DNA of 20,000 bases from Vezdaea acicularis (taxonomy: Eukaryota). The translations under genes and the position numbers were made by a program. The number at the start of each line of letters is the position of its first letter. The first letter of the stretch is position 1. Where the stretch lies: positions 45,736-65,735 of the forward strand of contig JAPEUI010000091.1 in assembly GCA_026025075.1 (NCBI GenBank). Reading direction: 5' to 3'. Of the stretch, positions 1 through 10,719 are shown piece after piece. Below the pieces are notes generated by a model, which worked only from the letters and a program-made list of their open reading frames with translations, was not told the origin of the DNA and made no database searches.

Positions 1-2672
1 GAAGGTGACCCTGCGGGAAGCACTCTTACGTTCATTCTTGGGGCTCATCTGAAGCCAAAAGATCCTGAGGTCTGGCGCAACTGCGCATACAGGGCTCTTC
101 AACATAGAGAACAGGTCAATGATAAAGCATGCTTGCAACAGGCAGTCTACTGCTTAAGCCGAGCCATAGCGACAGATCCTGAGGACATTAAGACGAAGTT
201 TGAGAGGGCATCGTTGTTCCGCGAACTTGGGTACCACCGGAAAGCTGCAAACGAGTATTTAAGATTGCTTAGTACTTTTCCTAATGATCCAACGATCCTG
301 AAGACTTTAGCGGAGGTCTGCGTTGAAATGAATGATGTTCAAAGGGCTGTGGAAGCTTTCGACCAAGCCTTTGATGGCCTTCGAGAGCAAGATGTATCTT
401 TTGGTGATAAACTTGGCTGGGCCGATATAAATGCGTACGTCAAGCTATTCGATCACATTAAGGACTATGGTAAGGCTATAAAGCAACTGAAACGCCTTTC
501 AAGATGGCTTTTGGGACGGCAGGAAGAGGCATACTGGGATTTAGTAATAGAAGATGATCGAGAATGGGACTTAGAAGATAGCCCACGACGCATCGAGGTT
601 GCAGATTACATACCAAGCCGATTTGATCTTGCTACGTATGGCAGCGGAATGCCTCTGGAGATTCGCATGAAGTTAGGAGAGTATCGTTTGAAGTTTGGCC
701 ACGAGCATTTTGACGAAGCACTGGTACGTGAGGCATATCTCTTATTAATCTTGGTACGATCTAACCTGTCAAAGGAGCACTTCAACTGGCTTGACCCCGA
801 TGACGATACGGAAGGAGCGAAGCTACACGAATTCCCAGACCTTTTCAAAGACGCAGGAAACGCGTTATTCAATGCTGGGTATCCGCAGAACGCGTTAACA
901 TTCTTCGAAGCGATTCAGTTCGCTGATGGTAGTGCGGACGCTTCAACTTACATAGCCATGGCTAAGTGCTACGAAAAGGAGAACCTACTTAACGAAGCTG
1001 AAGAATGCCTCAAAACGGCGTTGGAGATTGATATAGAGAATATTGAGGCCCTTGTAAGGCTCGCTAAGGTTTACCAAGATAAGGGAATCGCCGACAAAGC
1101 TTCGGAGCATGTTACTTTAGCCATGAAGCTCGGACGCAACAATAAGGCAAACAAGAAAGCCTTGCAGGACATACTAAAAGGGACGAATAAGTCAGGTTCA
1201 GGGCTTCTCAAATTTTTTGAGGGCGCAAAGAGGGGGGGTTACTATAAAAGGAAGACTTTAACGCCGTCGCAGCTAGCTGAGGAAGATATAAGTCGGACTG
1301 AGAAGATGAAGCTTCTACAACTCAATCTACATTCCCTCAAGGATCGAATGCGGACAGGAGATGATGAAGCCACTCTTGCATGGATGCAAGTTGCCACCAT
1401 GATGAGAAGGGAGTTCCTTAACAATAGATTCCTTAATCACCCTAGTGATAGAGGTTACGTGTTCCTGGGTTTTTCGAGGGAGGCTAAGAGACTCTCTATG
1501 AAGGGCAGGCGTGCACTAGACGTGCCCGGGCCATATGAAATCCTCAGTATGATCTTATGACCCTACTTTTGGGGAATTAGTGCTAATAATGTCAAGAAAA
1601 CGTCCAAAATGGCGAGATCCACCTGACTGAGCCCGTGCCAACAGCATATCGTGGGATATCTTTTGATACTTGGCTGGATATCTTCCTTGACTTTGCCATC
1701 TGCTTAGTCAGAAAAGGCGACACTGAGGCGGCTTACACGGCTCTTAATCAAACTATGTTCTGTAACATCTTCTACCATAGCCCAGAACACATGCATCGTA
1801 TAAACACATGCTGGATCGGTAAGCTCATGCTTTCGAGATCTATGTTTGGAGCTAACTTCTTCAAGCATGTGCTATTCACGCTCAAGATGAGGCCACCGCC
1901 TGCAAGGTAGCTCGATCTTTCACGAGGGACTTCACATTCAACAGCGACGGCTTCCGTCTTTACAGTCTTGTCAGCCGCTTATGCCAGACATCTACGAGCT
2001 GGTTCAACTCGCAGTCGGCTCAGAAGTTTATGATGCGTCAGATACATGTCATGGATAAGGGCTACTATTCCAAGTCGAAGACAAAAAGGAACGGAGCTGC
2101 CATGGAGAAACCGAAGATAAATGTAGTTCTTTTAACTTTGTACGGGCATATGATGTTGATAGGAGGAAGCTACGCTCCGGCCATTCGTAAGTCCTTCGCG
2201 AGTAAAGGACAAAGGAAGCTTAAGTGGACTAATCTGTTGATCAGACTGGTTTTACCGTGCTGCTGCTCAAGACCCCCAAAATCCCATGCTCAATCTTTCT
2301 ATTGCGCTTGCTTACATCCATCACTCATTGAAGCGACAAAGCGATAACAGGCACTACTTCATTATGCAGGGTTTACATTTCCTATTCAAATACTACGATA
2401 TCCGTAAAGCAGCCCCCAAACCAGAGCAGCGTCAAGAAGCGGAGTATAATGTAGGCAGGACATTCCATCTCATTGGACTGAATCATCTGGCAGTACCTTA
2501 CTACGAACGTACGCTTCAAGTAGCCGCTGAAGCCCAAGTAAATGGTAATATAGCCTCGGCTCCAGATCTGAAGTTTACCAGAGATGCTGCATATAACCTT
2601 AGGACTATGTATGCTATGACAGGAAATATGGGGCTGGCTGGAGAAGTCACACAGAAATGGTTGAGCATTTAA
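1..2672 (+). CDS. TFC4: RNA polymerase III transcription factor TFIIIC subunit Tfc4/tau131 (TPR protein), 5'-truncated by the window edge
   Basis: Exons <1-723, 775-1546, 1597-1818, 1866-2186, 2245-2672 splice in frame (GT..AG introns of 51, 50, 47, 58 nt). TPR repeats, AHLKPKD, DDREWD..PRR, MPLEIRMKLG, and the C-terminal KRQSDNRHYFIMQG / EAEYNVGRTFHLIGLNHLAVPYYE / DAAYNL...WLSI motifs match the Tfc4 family. Confidence 0.93.
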
Positions 2673-2969
2673 GTGGGCACTCGAGGAGGACAAGCTCGTT
2701 GAAGTCAATGGCTCAGCGTTGTCAAATGAGGAAGGAATGCGCGATTCAATTACTCAGGGATATGAATGCTATTCAGACAAACCAGCATCGCGTAATTTGC
2801 AGCCAGCACAGGTATGTGAAGGGATGATGGTTTTAGCTAGAAGCTCATGTTGAATAGCCAGCGGATGAATAGAAGAAACCACTCCATATTGAGTAATCTT
2901 ACACCCACCACTCGGCCTATTTATCGACTTCCTGCAACAGCACTAATTCCTACACCATAATCACAAAGC

Positions 2970-5402
2970 CTAGATAGGCGCCGTCTCCCTTTTCAGCCAC
3001 TTTAGACTCCTTTCATCCTTGCCCTCGAAGAATCCCTTAGTTTTATCCCAGACTTCCCTATGATACAAATCCAGCCACTTCTTCTCTACGGTTGTTAGTT
3101 GACTCCTATCAATCAGGTTTCGACACATGGGGACCATCGTTACGTGCTCGAAGCCAAGGTACGGTTTGTCGCCAAAGCGATGTGACGTTTTTGTCTCGCG
3201 ACACATAATAACGTTCTCGATCCGGATTCCAAAATTTCCATCTTCGTAATAGCCAGGCTCATCTGAGAGCACGTTACCAGCGGCAAGCGATACTTCAGAA
3301 TACAGGATCCATGTGCCAATGCCGATTGGGCCTTCATGAACGTTCTAACACTACATTAGCCAGTAGACGCTATTTGGTCGAGTTTCGTGACCTACAAGGT
3401 ATGAGCCAACGCCGTGTCCAGTGCCATGCCTGTAGTCGAGACCCTCTTCCCACAGAAACTGCCGAGCCAACGTGTCCAACGCAAAGCCGCTGGTACCTTT
3501 GGGAAAGACTGCCCGATCCAATGCGATGTTTCCTTTCAAGACCAGAGTGTATGCTTTACGTTCCATTTCTGTGGGCTTCCCGAAATGTAGTGTCCTTGTA
3601 GTGTCTGTGGTACCATCGAGGTATTGACCGCCAGAATCGCAAAGATACACTGCTTTAGGATCTATTGTTGAACAATTACCTCGCTCTGGTTTATAGTGAA
3701 TGACTGCAGCGTTGGCACCAGTGGAAGAAATTGTGTCAAAAGACAGACCAACAAAATGTTCGTGGTTTCTGCACGGCTTGTTAGCTGTTTACTCAAAGAT
3801 CCCATCACGAATCTCTAACTTACGATCGCATCTTTTCGAGTATATCCGCCCCCTCAACTTCGTCAATCTTCGAGCCTTTTACTAGAAGCTCCTCTTCAAG
3901 CCAGGCGAAATATTCAATGAGTGCGGCGCCATCACGTATATGGCATCGTTTCATACCCTCCAGCTCAGTCTCATTCTTGACAGCCTTTGCGTCACCTATT
4001 AGACTACGGGCTTCTTCTACCTTCTTATCACCCCCTAGAGCCTGGCTTAGCGCCCATGATGTCTTATTGGAAATCAGGAACTTCTTCGAGTCTTTAGCCG
4101 GCTGTTCTTTATTAGTACTCTCAGTCATGAGAAGTTTGCTCATCTCGAGCGTGTCCTCAAAGATTGCTTCGTAAGGCTTGATCCTAACAGTATCTCCGAG
4201 ATGTGCTATAACGTTGCGATCTATCTTCTTCGAGTCGACGTATAGAGAAGCTTCCTTGGGGGTGATTATAGCGTATGAAAAGAACACGGGATTGTAAGGA
4301 ATACTGATAGGCATCAACGAAGCTGCCTAGCAGGAATTTAGCAACGTACATACTCATTGCCACGTAAATTGAAAAGCCAAGCAATCTCGTCAAGCATGCC
4401 TGCGTATTCGATCAGCCAAAAGCTTCTATACACTTGTCTCAACTCTTAGAGGTCGCTCTATTCAACTTACAGACTACGTAGCTGGGGCTCTTCTTTTTCT
4501 CTATCTCCTTTCGTATGTATTCCAACTTCTCCTGAAACGGTTTTCCAGCATATTTTACATCCAGAACTTTAACTGGCTCGCTCGGCCGCGAAGGACGATC
4601 CTTGCCCCATACGAGGTCGATTAGATTGTTTTTTACGCCAACCAGTTCTGCACCACCTTTCTTCGTGATTGTCTCATTCAACTTACGTGCTTCCGCTGTA
4701 GAAGGCTTCAGTTAGCGATACTACATACTCGACAAAGCACGATGGAACGAACGCGCCGTGATCACTGTAGGATCCACTCCAACCTTTCTACCCCCTTCCG
4801 ATTGATCAGCTGCCCTAATCAAGCTTAGCACAGGGTAAATTCCTTCTTGAAACTATCGTACCAGTCTTGCCAGGTAGGAACGTCTGTGAGGCCTTGCTTT
4901 AAAAGCTGCCAATTGCTGTCGAGCTGCTTTGACGCTTGATTGAAGTATCTTCCATCTGTAGCTAATGCTGCCTTGTCATGAGTGATGACAGCACAACCTG
5001 CAGAGCCCGAGAATCCACAGATAAATTCTCTCAAGTATCAGCATGATTTGTGGGATATGGACGAGTATCGTACCACGCCGAGCATCACATGGAGCAATGT
5101 ACTCTGATTGATGGCTGTCTTCTGAGGGAACGACTAAATTGAATAAGTACATTGGAGCTGCAACGGAGCTCTTGCATATAATTACTATAAACATCTACAT
5201 TGTGCTGCTTCATCAACTCCCTTAGGTGCAGCAGGCGTTGTGTCGTGTCAATGGTCTTCATTTCTGAGGGCTTCGGAGCTTCAAGAGAGCTCGTGCCGCT
5301 TGAGAAAGACTTGCGAGGGTTTTGGCCGAAGGAATTGGACGAAGGAAACCTGCTTTTCTGCCTACCGCGGCTCAAACAACAAAAATACCTGAAAGTTCGC
5401 AT
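2970..5402 (-). CDS. AMPP: Xaa-Pro aminopeptidase P (peptidase M24B, XPNPEP1/Fra1-like); 667 aa from ATG 5402 or 620 aa from ATG 5261
   Basis: Nine exons (5402-5186, 5133-5074, 5027-4862, 4814-4753, 4695-4471, 4399-4354, 4303-3824, 3768-3396, 3344-2970) total 2004 nt in frame. Motifs [73 protein letters not shown]. Confidence 0.95.
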
Positions 5403-5838
5403 TTACACTGTGCGCTGAATTGACGAGAATTCCAATAATTGTAGAGGCCGAAAGGTTGAGTGATAGTCCTCGATTCGGCTTAAAGCAGAATCTCAAAAGC
5501 GGCAAGCGGCAATTGGTCGGAAACTAAGGCCGCTACAACATTGAACTTTCTGATACATGCAAGTAAGCGTTCTGCAGGCGCTTGTTTTCGACTTCTCCCA
5601 TCACTGAACACTGACCGAGAAACACAAAGCCGCAGTTATGCTACAATATCGTCACTTAGGGTTTCCTTTCCTTCCCCAATTGCCGAGCATCCCAAGCGCA
5701 GGTCAATCTTCGGGTGTGATGTTATTCTCCACGTGTTTGGGAGCGGGGATCTATGAACTACCCTTTGACCCACTCGATCATTAACTTTATTGGTGGAATC
5801 TTGTACAAAGAGACAGTTTTCTAGAGCTTCCTATAACT

Positions 5839-8800
5839 ATGTCGTCTATGACAGCATCCAACGGAAGCATTAACATGCAACCCTCGTCTTATGAAGAGGT
5901 TGAACAGGTTTGTGGACTACTCGTATAGCGACTCTGCATATTGACTGATCTTTCTCTTGCGCTCTTTCTAGCTAGTGAAGCAATTGTATCTTCCTAGAAC
6001 GCCGCAGCAGATTGCTCAAGTCAATGAAGCCTTGCTCACGATTCAGCGGTCTCAGGACGGTTGGAGAGTTGGCGACTTGCTCTTGGCCAGCCAAGACCCA
6101 AACGTCAGATTCTTTGGAGCACTAACCTTTACAATTAAGCTTAATTCCGACTGGTATGTGCTTTCATTTCTACTATCTTGGAGAGATGAGTTGATATCAG
6201 TTCATTAGGGAGGCGCTAGATGTCAAAAGTGCTGAAGACTTACTACAACGCCTGATTACCTGGTTTGTCATGCTCGTGTCTCAGTCTGAAAGTTCTCTTG
6301 TTGTCAAGAAAATTTGCTCGGCCCTTGTGGCTTTCTTTCTACGCTTCCCTGAGTCATGGCAGCAGTGCGTTCGGCATGTCTTATGCTCCTTTCATGCTGG
6401 CCGGGCCGTTTCTGTCGTTGACGAAAAGCAATACCCACCAACAGATAGTTTAATCAATAAGTTAACTCCATACCAAGCAACTTCTGCATTATGGTTCTGC
6501 TCTACCTTGGTTGAGGATGTGGGTAAAGCCGACTCAAATAGCATCAAGAAGTCAGTTCACCCGTCTAATGATCGCTCTTATGGGATCTGATGGAATTTAA
6601 TTAGTCATAAGCTTTACGAGAAGATAAAAATAAATGTTGAGGATGCGGTCAGCCTCATTGGCCGAATTTTGACTACAGTGGGTAGTGCCAACGGGGAATT
6701 ATCCGATATCCCTCTTGCCCAGGAGGCTATAAAGTGTTTTCACGTGAGCCTAAACCCCTCGTAGGTGCGCTCAAACTTCTTGCTGATAAACTTCAAGTCA
6801 TGGGTATACTTTTCTCACAAAGCTTTCATTGACTCGGCAATCGATCTAGAGAAATTGAAGACATTAACTCCAATCGCTCTTCGATGTATCGCCCACAACG
6901 CGTTGTTCGAAGAGACTGCGGATCTGTTCACTGATGCCTTATCTAACTATTCTAGGTTCCTACGACGAGAAGACATAGAAGCTTTATCTAGAGTCTTCAG
7001 CAGTCAATGGGCAGAGGAGCGATTTAACCGGATGAGATCTGCAGACTTCGATTCTGAATCTATGCAGTTTGGAAGACTCCTCCTTGCCTTCGGAGATGCA
7101 AATGTTCAAGATTTGGCCCAGGCTTCTGAAGCTAGAGAGTCCCAGCACTTTATGCGCATGCTTCATGGTCTTTTGACCTGTCAAGGAATTGCTGTTGCTG
7201 AGGATGAGATATGCGCCATAGCTATTGAATTCTGGTCAACATTTGTTGAATTTATGATTGATTCACTCTTTGCTGAGGGCGAGTCTCGAGCACCATGGAT
7301 TAAGTCCGCGAGGGGCCATATGGTTCAGGCTATTGAAGAATGCTGGGCCAAAATTCGGCTACCCCCAAGCGAAGTAATTGCTTCCTGGGACTCCGATTAC
7401 AGAGCTGGCTTCAAGGATTTTAGGAAGGACGTTGCAGATCTTTTGCAATCATCCTACCCAGTTCTTGGCCTAGAGATCTTCCAGAAACTCACACAACTAG
7501 CACTTCAGTCCGTTGAGAACGAAGCTTGGGTCGACACTGAGGCTACTCTATTCTGTTTGATCGCTCTCAGCGACTCTGTTTCTGAGGGCACTGAAGAAGA
7601 TGCTGTATTGGCCCAACTTTTTGGATCACAGATGTTCACCCACCTCTCGACATGGGTATCAAAGGTGCCAGGGAAGACCCGTCACACATCGGTAAACCTT
7701 TTAGGTCACTATGCTTCATTCTTCGAGAGACATACAGAATACCTTCCCGCAGCACTCAATTTTCTCTTTCACGCCATCAAGGAACCGTTACAGGCCCCCA
7801 TAGCATCGAAGTCCATTCATTCGCTGTCTTTCTCATGCAGATCAAGCTTGACAGCTGAGCTAGGGACGTTTCTGCTTCAGTACCAGCACTTCCTCACGAC
7901 CTCTAGTGCTGATTCATTTACCAAAGAAAGGGTCATTGGGGCGATCGCGGCTATTATTCAAGCACTACCAGATGAGGCAGCTAAAGTTCACTCTTTGGAG
8001 CAGCTACTTTCGTTTGTTGATCGAGATCTGCATAGTTGCGTCAACCTGGTCAGAGCGGGTGACAGAGAAGCTGCAACAATTCCAGGAATCACTGCCCTCC
8101 AATGTCTAGTGAGCATGGGTAAAGGCATGCAGGAACCTGACGATATTCCAATCGACTTAGAATCAGACAGGCCACGTACAAAGTTCTGGGAGCACGAAGG
8201 TGGCTTTCCGCTTCAGCAGCGAATTATGCAGATGATTGAGACGCTGTTCAACACTCTAGACTATGACGGAGAGGCGGTAGAAATAGCTTGCTCTGTGTTG
8301 CGAACGGGTTTCACAGAGACGACTCCAGGCCCTTTTGTCTTTCGGCCCGATATTTGTACAGCCTTCTTGCTGAAAAGCGATCTACCTACTCCCAGACTGG
8401 GAATAATGCTCGCTACCGCTTGTTCTTTAATCAGCTCTCACTCAACTGAGTCATCGACACGAATTGACAATGAGGCACGTGCTTTGTTCCAGCATACACT
8501 CAGTCTTATGCGTAGACTTGGGACGCCTGCAAATGATCCAGAGATAGCACAAAACTGTATTGATTTCATTGGACGACTCATTCCGCGCTACATGAATATC
8601 ATGTTAGACACAAGCGTGAAAGGTTACCTTGAGGAGATGTTCCTTTTCACCATACAGTGCTTGAATGGGCAAGACGTCCTTCCCAAGAGATCAGCGGCTT
8701 CGTTTTGGGTAGGTCTTTGACTGAAGAGCTGGATCGTCCTTGCTAACATATTTTGTCCAGACAACATTCATAGAGCTACATGACCTAGCCAAGAATGAGC

Positions 8801-9126
8801 AAGCTGCTGTGGACGAGATTATAAACCATGTAGGGCCACTTGTAGCCGAAGCACTTGTTTTCAACTTCGGTGGCCATGCAGCCCGCAGCGAGCTTGACAT
8901 TTTATGTGGTCCATTGAAAAGAATGGTCTTCAGACAGGTAAGATCTAAGGCATGGCTAGAACGGGCACTCTTCAACGCAGCATTTCCGAGTCCTCGGGTG
9001 GATGCGAACGAGAAACGGATCTTCCTACAAAAGGTGATAAACCTCCGCGGGCTTAAGACCACAAATCAGGTAGTGAAAGATTTCTGGATTTCTTGCCGGG
9101 GCATGAGCTCTGCATATGCTTCCTAA
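5839..9126 (+). CDS. Importin-beta superfamily karyopherin, importin-13-like (about 1002 aa)
   Basis: Exons 5839-5907, 5972-6153, 6209-6550, 6605-6743, 6798-8708, 8761-9126 (3009 nt in frame). N-terminal IBN_N-like segment (LLTIQRSQDGW...NVRFFGALTFTIKLNSDW), HEAT-like helical repeats, FKDFRKDVADLL, EATLFCL, GGHAARSELD. Confidence 0.88.
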
Positions 9127-9207
9127 GCGATTTTACGTTACTCAAATCCGGCTTGGCTACAGTGCATGCAGCACAGTTTGACTAAAATGTGGCCATGGTG
9201 GATTTCT

Positions 9208-9800
9208 CTACACAGGTGCAAATGCAGACAAAGCGAAGACCAGTCCAAATGATAGCTTGAACGCAGCATTATCCTCCACAGCTGACCGTAGATTTATCCC
9301 TTGCACGTAGTGGTGAATTCTTCGGTACGGTATTATGTTGTAACCATTCGAAGCTGCCCACTTGCACAGTGTTAGTAGAGGCTTAAACTGAACAGGCTAT
9401 AGGTTGTACCTGAGCGGCCGCTATGAATATCCCGAGAAGCAATGTGAGAGGTCGCGAAAATGTACTGACGGCTAGTCCTGCTAACAGTCCTATATTGGGA
9501 GGTTCAGTCAGGTGCCTTCCATGATCAGGTCTGTCTCTTTCCGAACCTACCTGCTATACTCCCGCTACTCATCTGCCGCACTGCTGAAGGACTAAGACGA
9601 CCATTAGATTTCACAGGGGTCTTTGCTGTCCGCGAATATGACCAATCACTAGATTTGAGGGAACCTGTCGGACCGCCATCGCAATAGGCAGACAGTAATT
9701 GATGAGACCTGTGTGCATGGTAGCTAGCGAGGAAGGTCCCGACACCCAGGCCCAAGCCTAATGCAATAGGGGAGCGCGGTATCAAAATTCCGAATGCCAT
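9208..9800 (-). CDS. FUN14: FUN14-family mitochondrial outer-membrane protein (160 aa)
   Basis: Exons 9800-9551, 9489-9410, 9360-9208 give RQMSSGSIAGLLAGLAVSTFSRPLTLLLGIFIAAAQWAASNGYNIIP...DNAAFKLSFGLVFALSAF, which fits the FUN14 domain pattern. Exons 2-3 are missing from the ORF track. Confidence 0.85.
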
Positions 9801-10075
9801 TATATCAAGCTGTCAATTAGATCGATTGAGTGGAAATTCAAAAGAGCTTGAAGAGGTCCTTCGGTTGAAGCCGTAGTAGTCGTCATTGGTAGGCCATAGA
9901 GGTAAGCTCCAATTGGTTGCTAGGCGAGAAATCCTCAAACTTGTAGCTTGCCAGACGATATGGCAGGCTTGCTCCCAACGGCCAGCTGCATTCAGATCGT
10001 CTCTTGAACCTATGAGTTGATAGACCGTTGGTTTTGAATTTTGCAAATATCAGAGCCGTTCTCTTTTCACCGTCT

Positions 10076-10558
10076 TTACAAGCAACCGGTCACCAGATCG
10101 ACCAGGTCCATCCATGCTGCTCTTTGCTCATCTCCAGAATCCAGATTGATACGTTTCAGGCCCATCCCGACAACTAAGGTCCGAGCCTCATCGGGGTCCC
10201 TTGTCTTGATCACGCTTGCAATCTGCGTAGCAATCAATTGACCCATTGTCTCCCTTTCGGATGTGCCTGCCCCAAGAAGAGTTTTAGGCGTAAGATGTGC
10301 CATCGGAAGCAGAGACTCATCGGCTTCTATTTCGTGGGGAAAGCTTCCAGGTATATATGCAGGGGATGTGTTTAAGAGGGGAACTTGAATCCATTGCGCA
10401 AGTCTCCATCCTTGGCTTATCATAACCATGATCTTATCGGAGAAATATACTGTTGTGACATCTGTAACAACGCCGTCAACAGCGCTAGATGCCTGTAGAG
10501 TCTTTGCTGGGAAAGAAGCATTTGTAGCCTTTTGGCCTGGTTTGTTAATGCTCTCCAT
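10076..10558 (-). CDS. Proteasome assembly chaperone 3 (PAC3/PSMG3-like), 160 aa, intronless
   Basis: The ORF-track start at 10570 is TTG; the first ATG is at 10558 (gaaATGg). FPAKT, YFSDKIMVMISQ..RLAQW, LTPKTLLG, QLIATQIAS and RTLVVGMGL match fungal PAC3-family proteins. Confidence 0.8.
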   Translation of the reverse strand: MESINKPGQKATNASFPAKTLQASSAVDGVVTDVTTVYFSDKIMVMISQGWRLAQWIQVPLLNTSPAYIPGSFPHEIEADESLLPMAHLTPKTLLGAGTSERETMGQLIATQIASVIKTRDPDEARTLVVGMGLKRINLDSGDEQRAAWMDLVDLVTGCL

Positions 10559-10719
10559 TTCGGGAGTCAAGTAGTAGAAATTGAAAGTGCTTCTCCAAAG
10601 GTCGAATCCTTGAAGTTCGTTAGAAGTTGCAACCTCTCACCGCCTCGGCTCCTTCCGATAGGGCTGAGGCAAAACCTTCAGCATGATCGAAATTGCAGCA
10701 CACCAGGTGCACTAGGGCA
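10559..10719. promoter_or_regulatory. Very short bidirectional promoter between PAC3 and DHR1
   Basis: Only 161 bp separate the divergent ATGs at 10558 and 10720. Confidence 0.6.

Noticed and set aside
3300..3320. GIGTWILY in aminopeptidase P, where fungal homologs often have an Arg instead of Trp
   Set aside because: It is not a metal-ligand position, all catalytic motifs are intact, and significance cannot be judged without an alignment.
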